Shown here one piece after another: positions 1 through 7,624 of a DNA stretch of 64,000 nucleotides. The DNA comes from an uncultured Candidatus Saccharibacteria bacterium (GTDB taxonomy: Bacteria > Patescibacteriota > Dojkabacteria > J137), in NCBI GenBank assembly GCA_964607415.1, contig CAZSKK010000001.1, positions 333,469 to 397,468 of the forward strand, read 5' to 3'. Position numbers and translations under genes: made by a program. Numbering within the stretch: the stretch's first letter is position 1; each line of letters starts with the position of its first letter. The notes beneath the pieces are model-generated. The model saw only the letters and a program-made list of their open reading frames with translations. It did not search any database and had not been told where the DNA came from.

Positions 1-1046
1 CTGTTAAAAATAGCTGATCCGTGAACTGTTGGAAGAACATCAACTTCCGCACCTAATTCTCTAATTTCATCTAATTTTCTACCTGAAACTCTTTTATCTT
101 CTGATAATACACCTTCTCTTAGAATTTTTCTTGCAATGTATTCAACAGCATTATAAATATCGCCTTCTGAATATCCGGTTTCTTCTGTTGCATATTTTTC
201 TGTAATTTCTTTTTTTGCTAAAGCCAAGCCTTCGTTTTGTTCGTCTTTAATACCAGTGTACAAAGCCTTCTTTATTTCCTCGTATTTTTCTTTTTTTACA
301 ATATCTACAAGATCATGCGGAGCTGGAACATCATCATACTCTCTATCCGATTTGAAAACTTTTTGGCCACATTTTTTTACAAATTCAATTTGAAAGTCAT
401 TAAGTTTTTTAATGTAATCCATTGACTCATCCAGAAGCTTATCCATGTGCTCATCTGACACTTCTTTTGCCCAACCTTCCATGTTTAAAACTTTTCCAGT
501 AACACCAGAAACCACCATTTCAGCTAAAAGCTCTTCTCTACCCTCAACTTCTGGGTTAATTAGTATTGAACCATCGTGATTTATACAAGCAACAACACTT
601 GCGGAAGGACCCATAAATGGAATTCCTGACTGCATCAAAGCCATACTTGCACCCAAAACTGCTAATGCTTCTGGATCGTTAATTCCATCGTATGTTAGAA
701 CAGTTAGAATGATAGTTGTTGGCCTTTTAAAACTTTTTGGGAAAAGTGATCTGATTGAATGATCAACTTGTCTTGCTTTTATGATTGCTTCATCCGTTGG
801 GTTGCTTTCTCTTTTTTGATATCTGGAACCCGAAATTGCACCTCTTGCGTACATTTTCTCAATGTATTCAATTGTTAGTGGAAAAAAATCACCGTCTGTG
901 TCTCCTGCATCAATTCCAACTGTTGCAAATAAAGTTGTACCTCCCATTTGAAGCATAATACTTCCTGGTGCTTGATTGGCGATTTTGCCTGTAGACGCTT
1001 TAATCTCTTTTCCAGAGATTTTTAAGGTTAAACTAACCTCTGCCAT
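1..1046 (-). CDS. pnp: Polynucleotide phosphorylase (PNPase), N-terminal ~348 aa; the 3' part runs off the window
   Basis: Reverse translation from the ATG at 1046..1044 gives MAEVSLTLKISGKEIKASTGKIANQAPGSIMLQMGGTTLFATV... An RNase PH-like core is followed by a helical region and the start of a second core, ...GRKLDEIRELGAEVDVLPTVHGSAIFN at window positions 1-90. This matches the PNPase second-core motif (VLPRTHGSALFTRGETQ). The ORF is absent from the track because it is truncated at the window edge. Confidence 0.8.
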   Translation of the reverse strand, partial: MAEVSLTLKISGKEIKASTGKIANQAPGSIMLQMGGTTLFATVGIDAGDTDGDFFPLTIEYIEKMYARGAISGSRYQKRESNPTDEAIIKARQVDHSIRSLFPKSFKRPTTIILTVLTYDGINDPEALAVLGASMALMQSGIPFMGPSASVVACINHDGSILINPEVEGREELLAEMVVSGVTGKVLNMEGWAKEVSDEHMDKLLDESMDYIKKLNDFQIEFVKKCGQKVFKSDREYDDVPAPHDLVDIVKKEKYEEIKKALYTGIKDEQNEGLALAKKEITEKYATEETGYSEGDIYNAVEYIARKILREGVLSEDKRVSGRKLDEIRELGAEVDVLPTVHGSAIFN

Positions 1047-1344
1047 AAGAAAATTTTAAAAAATTAAAATTTCTCTTAAGGTAAAAGAAGTATTTTGAGT
1101 CGAAGAGGGAAGAAAACGTTAAAGCAATTTTTAAATAAACTTAATTTAGAAATTCAAAAAATTGTTTATCACTTTCTTCTCACTTCGATACTCTTTAATC
1201 TTTTCCTTAAGAGTTTGTTGATTATAGTATAGCCAGCCATGTCTGGCAATAACTAATTACTAAACTCAAATTACTAATAGGACTCCTATTTTAAATTAGT
1301 TATTCAATAGTAATATTAGTCAATATTATCATTTGATCTTTTCT

Positions 1345-2736
1345 TTAGAATTTCTTCTCAAACTTCTTCCTACTCTTTTTTACTCTTTTGTTTTTAGTTT
1401 CAGAAACATTGTTTATTTTACTTTCTATATTTTTACCTACTTTATTTTCAAATTTAAGTCCCAATTTTTCTTGAACTTCTGTGAATTTTAACAAAGCGGC
1501 ATCAAACTTAAACTGAGTTGCTAGTAAACCTAAAATTATCAAAAACACTCCAATTAAAAGTTTATTATCACCGCCTTCAGAAAACAAAGCTGTAGCTGGT
1601 AGTGTACAACCGTTATTTGTGCAGTTTGCGTTATTCAAACACTGCGTCAAAACACATATATTTCTGGATGTGTCACATACATTTCCAACAGGACATGCAC
1701 CATTACTACCGCAAGCACTTCCACAAACGGGATCTACTGCACAGTCTGAATCATTCGGAATGCTAGGATTTCTACAAACTCCGCTGATACATTGCAAACC
1801 ACTTGCACAATTTCCCTGCCCTGTTCCAGTACAAGCTTCATTACAAACTGGGATTCCAGGATCTGGAGTACAATCTGCATCATTTGGTACTGCAGGGTTT
1901 CTACAAACATTATTTATACATTGAAGACCACTTGCACAGTTTCCTTGGCCTGTTCCTGTACATGCTTGATTACATTGAGCAGTAACAACAGGATTGCAAA
2001 CTGGCAATCCACAAGTAATTTGCTCGCCAGAAACTGCATCAACTTTAACTCCACAAAAGCTTCCTGGATTAGACACGCTAATATTACTTCCTTGCATTAT
2101 ATCAATCTGACCACACCTTCCATCTAATGTTGCACTACAACTTCCGTTTTCTGCAAATATTTGAACACCCACATCATCTCCTTGACATCTGTTATCGGTT
2201 CCACAGCCATTTGGGCACAGAAAAATCAAACAACCTCCAGCAGCTCCAGTACCGTTTGGACATTGAAGAGAACCCCCTGTACCAGAACATGCTGAACAAT
2301 CTCCTCCACAGTCTAATCCAGTTTCTCCACAATCTTGAGAACCATTAGAGCAGTGTGCGGTACCAGTACATGAAGACGCTGCATTACCCCCGCAAGCTAC
2401 AATAGCATCGGCGACAACGTTGGGATTGGATGAGTCACCATTATAACATCTATATTGGCCTTCATTTACTGTTCCTGAAGGACAAGGATTACATCCTAAT
2501 GGACCACCAGGTCCATCACATGCGTTAGGCCCACATGCAGTATTGCAACTTGCACCTAGACTTAATGTCGTGCCTGGATAAGGACATTGAATTTGAGCGC
2601 TTGTATCATCTGGCGCTTGATCTTGCTGATTAAGCCTTATAGCAATATAGACAGAAATTCCTGCAAGAACCAATGTCAAAATAATCAGAACAACAATTGT
2701 AATTTTTCTAGATCTTGGCATAAGATAAGAATACAT
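1345..2736 (-). CDS. Membrane-anchored Cys/Gly-rich tandem-repeat surface protein with a C-terminal LPATA + hydrophobic + Lys-rich tail (sortase-substrate-like)
   Basis: 463 aa. The N-terminal TM/signal anchor is ITIVVLIILTLVLAGISVYIAI. About 15% of residues are Cys. There are two ~40-aa repeats, C-N-x-ACTGTGQGNCASGLQCI-x-x-VCRNP-x-x-PND-x-DC. The C-terminus reads CTLPATALFSEGGDNK-LLIGVFLIILGLLATQFKF followed by a K-rich tail. Confidence 0.6.
   Translation of the reverse strand: MYSYLMPRSRKITIVVLIILTLVLAGISVYIAIRLNQQDQAPDDTSAQIQCPYPGTTLSLGASCNTACGPNACDGPGGPLGCNPCPSGTVNEGQYRCYNGDSSNPNVVADAIVACGGNAASSCTGTAHCSNGSQDCGETGLDCGGDCSACSGTGGSLQCPNGTGAAGGCLIFLCPNGCGTDNRCQGDDVGVQIFAENGSCSATLDGRCGQIDIMQGSNISVSNPGSFCGVKVDAVSGEQITCGLPVCNPVVTAQCNQACTGTGQGNCASGLQCINNVCRNPAVPNDADCTPDPGIPVCNEACTGTGQGNCASGLQCISGVCRNPSIPNDSDCAVDPVCGSACGSNGACPVGNVCDTSRNICVLTQCLNNANCTNNGCTLPATALFSEGGDNKLLIGVFLIILGLLATQFKFDAALLKFTEVQEKLGLKFENKVGKNIESKINNVSETKNKRVKKSRKKFEKKF
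1758..2000. repeat. Tandem ~120-bp coding repeat, two copies about 85% identical, inside the Cys-rich protein gene
   Basis: The DNA shows a direct repeat: ccacttgcaca(a/g)tttcc(c/t)tg(c/g)cctgttcc(a/t)gtaca(a/t)gct... These encode the duplicated CN(Q/E)ACTGTGQGNCASGLQCI module. Confidence 0.6.
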
Positions 2737-2924
2737 AATTCAGAGAAAGAGGTAAAGAGCTATGAAACAAATTTACCTAATTATTCTAAATACAAATAAA
2801 CTCGAAATTCAAAACCCTAAACAAATTTGAAACCAGAGGATAGAGGCTAGATGCCAGAATTCGAAGCTCACAGCTCGAAACTCGCAAACACGTTAACTCC
2901 TTGTTTTTCGCTATATGCTATAAG

Positions 2925-4478
2925 CTATACGCTTTCTCCATCAAGGTATTCCTTGGCTAGTCTTAACAAATCAATCTTCTTATTATAAAGTGGTTCGTCT
3001 ATAACCTTTTCCAAAAGATAATTTAAAACTTTACCTAGAACTGGCCCTTGCTGCAATTCGAAGTTTTCCATTAAATCAGCACCTGTTATGTCTAAATCAG
3101 AAACTTTTAACGCCATGTCTTTTGCTCTTACCGACGCAATCCTTTCAGATAAAATATCGATATCTTTGGGGTCAAATTCGCTTTTGGGGTTTGAAGCTGC
3201 ATCTGCTATTCTTAGTTTCATCAAATCCTCAATTGCATCTTCGCCGCCGACATTTATTATCAATCTTCTTATAGCACCATCAGACCAACCGAACTGAGCC
3301 TTTGGCTCAGGATGACGAATGACGGATGACGAATTACGAGTAGTCTCACCCTGCTCGCTTTGCTCGCCACCCTCTCCATTAAGGAGAACTGAGGGTGAGG
3401 TGGTGGTACTCACGCCTTTGCGCCAGTCTGCAGATGGATAATAAAACATATGCCACCTTACAAGTCTTACTACTCTATCTATTTCAGCGTTAGAAAATTT
3501 AAGCCTTTTCATTATTTCTTTTGTCATTTCAGACCCCATAACATCATGGCCATAAAAGTGAATGCCCTTTTCATCGTCACTTTTGCATCTTGGCTTTGCA
3601 ATGTCGTGAAAAAGGGCTGCTAATTTTACTGAATCTTCAGCTTCATCTACAGCTTTAATTGAATGTGTAAAAACATCATCTGTATGGAATTGCGGCTGAA
3701 CTACTTCAACACCTTCCAAAAGTTCTGGAACAAACAGCTCAAGAATTCCTGAATCTTTTAATAAGTTTAATCCTTTGGAAGGCTTTGGAGATTTTAAAAG
3801 AAGTTTCATCAATTCATCTCTAAACCTTTCAACAGAAACCTGTTTTGTTATATGCAAGGTTTGTTTGATTGCTTCAAAAGTTTTGGTTTCGATTTCAAAA
3901 TCAAGTTGAGATGCAAGTCTACAAGCTCGAACTGATCTTAATCCATCTTCTGAAAATCTTTCGATTGGATCTCTTACTGCTTTAATTACTTTATTCTTTA
4001 AATCAAAAATTCCATTATAAGGATCAATCAGAATTTGTTGTACTGAGACATCTGAATCATCAAAATGTTGCAAGTCCAATGCTATAGAATTGATTGTAAA
4101 ATCTCTTCTTGCGAGATCTTCGTTAATAGTTTTTGTAAATTCTACTTTTGTGGGCCATCTTCCCCCCATGTAATCAGCTTCAGATCTAAACGTTGTAACT
4201 TGTACGTCAAATTTTTCGCCATTTTCATCTTCACCGATAACTGTTATAGTTCCAAACTTTGCTCCAGTTGGAATTGATTTAGGGAAAATCTTAGAAATTT
4301 CATCAGGGTTTGCATCTGTTGCGATATCATAATCTCCTGGTAGCTTTCCAAGCAATATATCTCTAATACTTCCGCCCACCAAATAAGCCTTAAAATTATA
4401 TCTTTGCAGTTCTTCGGCAATGTTTATTACATAGCTTGGAATCAGTTTTTGAAATTGTGGAATAGTTAAGTCGATCAT
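2925..4478 (-). CDS. cca: tRNA nucleotidyltransferase (CCA-adding enzyme / poly(A) polymerase family) with a C-terminal HD domain; contains an in-frame low-complexity insertion
   Basis: Pol-beta head motifs GGSIRDILLGKLPGDYDIAT and RRDFTINSIA are present, as is an HD domain (LAALFHDIAKP, YGHDVMGSE). The segment WRKGVSTTTSPSVLLNGEGGEQSEQGETTRNSSSVIRHPEPKAQ is encoded by a GC-rich repeat. Confidence 0.75.
   Translation of the reverse strand: MIDLTIPQFQKLIPSYVINIAEELQRYNFKAYLVGGSIRDILLGKLPGDYDIATDANPDEISKIFPKSIPTGAKFGTITVIGEDENGEKFDVQVTTFRSEADYMGGRWPTKVEFTKTINEDLARRDFTINSIALDLQHFDDSDVSVQQILIDPYNGIFDLKNKVIKAVRDPIERFSEDGLRSVRACRLASQLDFEIETKTFEAIKQTLHITKQVSVERFRDELMKLLLKSPKPSKGLNLLKDSGILELFVPELLEGVEVVQPQFHTDDVFTHSIKAVDEAEDSVKLAALFHDIAKPRCKSDDEKGIHFYGHDVMGSEMTKEIMKRLKFSNAEIDRVVRLVRWHMFYYPSADWRKGVSTTTSPSVLLNGEGGEQSEQGETTRNSSSVIRHPEPKAQFGWSDGAIRRLIINVGGEDAIEDLMKLRIADAASNPKSEFDPKDIDILSERIASVRAKDMALKVSDLDITGADLMENFELQQGPVLGKVLNYLLEKVIDEPLYNKKIDLLRLAKEYLDGESV
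3301..3420. repeat. GC-rich mosaic repeat element inserted in-frame in cca
   Basis: ggctcaggatgacgaatgacggatgacg...gtctcaccctgctcgctttgctcgccaccctctccattaaggagaactgagggtgaggtgg. It contains the inverted pair CTCACCCT/AGGGTGAG and modules (ccaccctctcc, gagcaaagcgag, gctcaggatgac) shared with elements at 5447, 7509, 16409, 22607 and 51588. Confidence 0.55.
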
Positions 4479-4480
4479 AT

Positions 4481-4563
4481 TAGCTACAAGCCTTCAGCTA
4501 TCTGCTGTCAGCCCAAAATAGTTATTGCCCATCTGCTGATGGCTGATAGCCGACAGCTGTGGT
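4481..4563. repeat. Palindromic intergenic repeat (family R2), copy a, between the def stop and the cca start
   Basis: tagctacaagccttcagctatctgctgtcagcc...atctgctgatggctgatagccgacagctgtgg. It shares an identical 12-mer (ttcagctatctg) and an identical 16-mer (gctgatggctgatagc) with 45418..45476. Confidence 0.5.
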
Positions 4564-5091
4564 TTAGTCCATTTTATCCAGTTCTTGGGAAGTATACAAC
4601 TCTGAAGGATCTTTAATGTATGAAGTAAACAAAATTCCATCAAGATGATCTATTTCGTGTTGAAGAAGATGCGAAAAATAACCATCAGCTTTTATTACTT
4701 TTTTATCTCCTTTTGAATTCTGATATTCGACTGTAACTCTTCTAGGCCTTTCAACTTGTCCAAAAAGATTTCCACTATTTATGCTTAAACATCCTTCCCA
4801 ATAAATTGACTTTGCGTCACTTTTTTTCACAATTACAGGATTAATCATTACCTCCCATACATCTGTTCCATCAAAGTCCGGCTTATTTTCAAGATCTAAT
4901 CTTTTAACGATAGTTAATCTTTTTAAAACACCAACTTGATTTGCAGCTAAACCTGCAGAAAAATCCTCGCCTTTTTTAAGAGTATCTAACATTTCTGAAA
5001 TTAATTGCTTGAGTTCAGGATCAGAAAAATCTGTAATTTTTTCTGCTTTTTGTGTAAGGGATGGAAACCCAATTTGTTTTATTTGTAGCAT
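4564..5091 (-). CDS. def: Peptide deformylase
   Basis: 175 aa with the motifs GLAANQVG, EGCLSI and HEIDHLDG (GxGxAAxQ / EGCLS / HExxH). Confidence 0.85.
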   Translation of the reverse strand: MLQIKQIGFPSLTQKAEKITDFSDPELKQLISEMLDTLKKGEDFSAGLAANQVGVLKRLTIVKRLDLENKPDFDGTDVWEVMINPVIVKKSDAKSIYWEGCLSINSGNLFGQVERPRRVTVEYQNSKGDKKVIKADGYFSHLLQHEIDHLDGILFTSYIKDPSELYTSQELDKMD

Positions 5092-5352
5092 AACGCGATT
5101 ATATCATAGAATAGTTATAGTGTTTACGTGTTAACGAGTTAGAGAGCTAACTGATTAGATTATTAAAACTCAAAACAAGAATCTCCTAACTTTGATATAA
5201 TTCAGAATGACATCAGGGGTCAGAGACCTGAAGTTAGTGGCAAGATATCATAAGTAAGAATTTAAAGTTAATTCGTTTTGGTATGCGATTTCTGGATTCT
5301 AAATGTTTAGAATTTCCAATTTAGTATTTCGAATTTATCATTAATTTTTTCT

Positions 5353-6681
5353 ATGTTCATTTGTAGCAACTGTCAAAAAGAATTTTCTAAATGGAGTGGT
5401 CAATGTCCAAACTGTGGACAGTGGAATACACTAAATGAAGTTGATCCTTCGACTACGCTCAGGATGACAAAAACAAAATCGTCCAAAGCTTCCCGAAGCT
5501 CACGGCTCGAAGCTCGTAGCTCTCAGCAGCCAGTTAGACTTATTGATTTAGATAAAAAAGACGAAAAAGTAAGCTACAAACAAATAGAGCTCAAGACTGG
5601 TATCAAGGAATTTGATAATACAATTGGTGGAAGAATAATTTCTGGTCAAGTAATCTTGTTTGCTGGAAGCCCTGGCGTTGGTAAAAGCACTTTATCGTTA
5701 CAGATTACAGAAAGTTTTTCAAATCAAGGTTTAAAGATTCTATACATTGCAGGCGAAGAATCTCCAAGCCAAATAAAACACAGATCTGATCGATTAAAAC
5801 AAAAGCAAACTAATGTACTGTTTTACCCTGAGACAAACATAATCTCCATTCAAAACTATATTGCATCTCATTCAAAAGATATTGATTTAATTGTTGTGGA
5901 TTCAATTCAAACACTTTATTCACCGGATTTACCAAGTACTAGTGGATCCATTTCTCAAATTAGCGAATGCGCCGACAAGATTATAAGCTTAGCAAAAGGT
6001 TTTAGTATTCCTGCATTTATTATTGGTCATATTACAAAATCTGGTGAAATTGCTGGACCAAAAATTTTAGAACACATGGTTGACACAGTTTTATATTTTG
6101 AAGGTGATAAGCGTAGTGAATTAAGAATTCTTAAAGTAGAAAAAAATAGATACGGACCAACTGACGAAGCTGGGATTTTTAAAATGGCTGAAGGAGGCTT
6201 ATCAGAAGTTAAAGATACAAAAGAGCTTTTTGATCCAAGTAAAGAAGATGCTCCTGGATCTGTCTACTGTATGAGTTTAGAAGGTAACAGGCCAATAGTT
6301 GTGGAAGTTCAAGCACTTGCCACAAAAACATATTTTACAAACCCAAGAAGAACTTCTTCAGGTTTTGATTTAAATAGACTTTACATTCTCCTTGCAATTT
6401 TAGATAAAAAACTAAAACTAAAAACTTACGAATATGATGTTTATGTAAATATTACAGGAGGGATCAAAATTGTTGATCCTGGATTGGATTTAGCAGTCAT
6501 TAAAGCAATAGTTTCTTCAATTAAAAACGTAGTTGTCCCAAAAACTGAAGTATATTTTGGTGAAGTAGGTTTAACAGGTGAAGTTAGAAAAGTGATGTTT
6601 GAAGAAAAGCGAACAAAAGAATCTGAGAGAATGGGTTTTAAAAAGATAACTAATTCGAAAAATTTGAAAAGAATTAGTTAG
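5353..6681 (+). CDS. radA: DNA repair protein RadA/Sms
   Basis: N-terminal zinc finger CSNCQ...CPNCGQW, a RecA-like ATPase (GSPGVGKSTLSLQ) and a Lon-like C-terminal domain. An in-frame low-complexity insert (DPSTTLRMTKTKSSKASRSSRLEARSSQQP) is encoded by a GC-rich repeat. Confidence 0.85.
   Translation: MFICSNCQKEFSKWSGQCPNCGQWNTLNEVDPSTTLRMTKTKSSKASRSSRLEARSSQQPVRLIDLDKKDEKVSYKQIELKTGIKEFDNTIGGRIISGQVILFAGSPGVGKSTLSLQITESFSNQGLKILYIAGEESPSQIKHRSDRLKQKQTNVLFYPETNIISIQNYIASHSKDIDLIVVDSIQTLYSPDLPSTSGSISQISECADKIISLAKGFSIPAFIIGHITKSGEIAGPKILEHMVDTVLYFEGDKRSELRILKVEKNRYGPTDEAGIFKMAEGGLSEVKDTKELFDPSKEDAPGSVYCMSLEGNRPIVVEVQALATKTYFTNPRRTSSGFDLNRLYILLAILDKKLKLKTYEYDVYVNITGGIKIVDPGLDLAVIKAIVSSIKNVVVPKTEVYFGEVGLTGEVRKVMFEEKRTKESERMGFKKITNSKNLKRIS
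5447..5535. repeat. GC-rich mosaic repeat element inserted in-frame in radA
   Basis: cgactacgctcaggatgacaaaaac...cccgaagctcacggctcgaagctcgtagctctcagcagcc. Its modules are shared with 2857..2894 (cgaagctcacagctcgaaactcg), 36399..36445 (agctcgaaactcgtagct) and 3301..3420 (gctcaggatgac). Confidence 0.5.
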
Positions 6682-6797
6682 AAGCAGGAATCCTGGAGAC
6701 AAATGATACTTTCTTACACTTTTACTTCTGGATAACTATCTTCAAATTTGGATCGTGCTTCGAGTTTAGAATTTTAAATCAAAACACAACTATTTAA

Positions 6798-7454
6798 TCA
6801 CATTCTCTCTTTGTAGTGCTTCATTTCACCATCTGTAATAATCAGATATTCAAAAAATCCTAGCGAAGAATGTCCTAAATCTATAAATTGTTTTTCAGGT
6901 GTGAATTGATTTAAATGTGAATGACCACAAACTAAAATTTCATTTGGCTTTAAATTTGCTTGTGCCCAAGTTACCATTTCATCATTCATTTTCTGATACA
7001 GCTTTAAATATCTTTCTTTAAAAATCAAAATCAAAAAATTAATAGGATAGCTTGCAAGCCTGCTTAAAAACTTGTATTTATCAACAATCTTATGAATGAA
7101 ATTGAATTTTCCTACCTGCTGATGACCATGAGTAATATATAAAACTTTTCCATCTTTCAGTTCTATTTTATGTACATAAGTTTGAATATTAGAGAAGAGC
7201 GCAACTCTTTCATCTGTAAATTCCTCCTCGTCATGGTTACCAAAAATATAAATGGTATTTTTAGATTTTAATAAAGGGAAAAGTCTACTCCATTTTGAGT
7301 TAATAAAGTCATCAAATGAAATAAAGTCGTCATCCCAAAGATCTCCGTTTATAATAACTTTATCTACTGAGTTAATTAAATCCGCTAGTTTTTGAAATCG
7401 AGATTCGTTAAAACGTTTTTTTAAGTGTGTGTCTGAAATTATTAGTGTTTTCAT
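6798..7454 (-). CDS. Calcineurin-like metallophosphoesterase
   Basis: ISDTHL, INGDLWDD, GNHD and CGHSHL metallophosphatase motifs. Confidence 0.65.
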   Translation of the reverse strand: MKTLIISDTHLKKRFNESRFQKLADLINSVDKVIINGDLWDDDFISFDDFINSKWSRLFPLLKSKNTIYIFGNHDEEEFTDERVALFSNIQTYVHKIELKDGKVLYITHGHQQVGKFNFIHKIVDKYKFLSRLASYPINFLILIFKERYLKLYQKMNDEMVTWAQANLKPNEILVCGHSHLNQFTPEKQFIDLGHSSLGFFEYLIITDGEMKHYKERM

Positions 7455-7508
7455 ACTAGTTTATGAGATAAGTATATTTAGGAATTTAGTGCTTCAGGAT
7501 TTTCACTA

Positions 7509-7563
7509 AATTCCGGACTTCACCTCTCCTTCGACAAGCTCAGGATCGTTGAATCCGGAATAA
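7509..7563. repeat. GC-rich palindromic intergenic element
   Basis: aattccggacttcacctctccttcgacaagctcaggatcgttgaatccggaata. An 8-bp inverted repeat (attccgga/tccggaat) flanks a core whose motif ccttcgacaRgctcagg recurs at 53171..53188. Confidence 0.45.
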
Positions 7564-7624
7564 CATAAACAGACCATATATTTTAGCCCTAAGTCTCTTT
7601 AGCTCTACTGCTCTTAAGCTGAAC

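Noticed and set aside
237-425. 62-aa plus-strand ORF inside the pnp region
   Set aside because: It lies antisense within a clearly conserved PNPase reading frame. It is low complexity (F/I/N-rich), typical of AT-rich shadow ORFs.
1619-2348. Plus-strand ORFs (1619..1924, 1792..2127, 1803..1985, 2127..2348) opposite the Cys-rich protein gene
   Set aside because: They are antisense shadows of the repeat-containing gene, with no independent signals.
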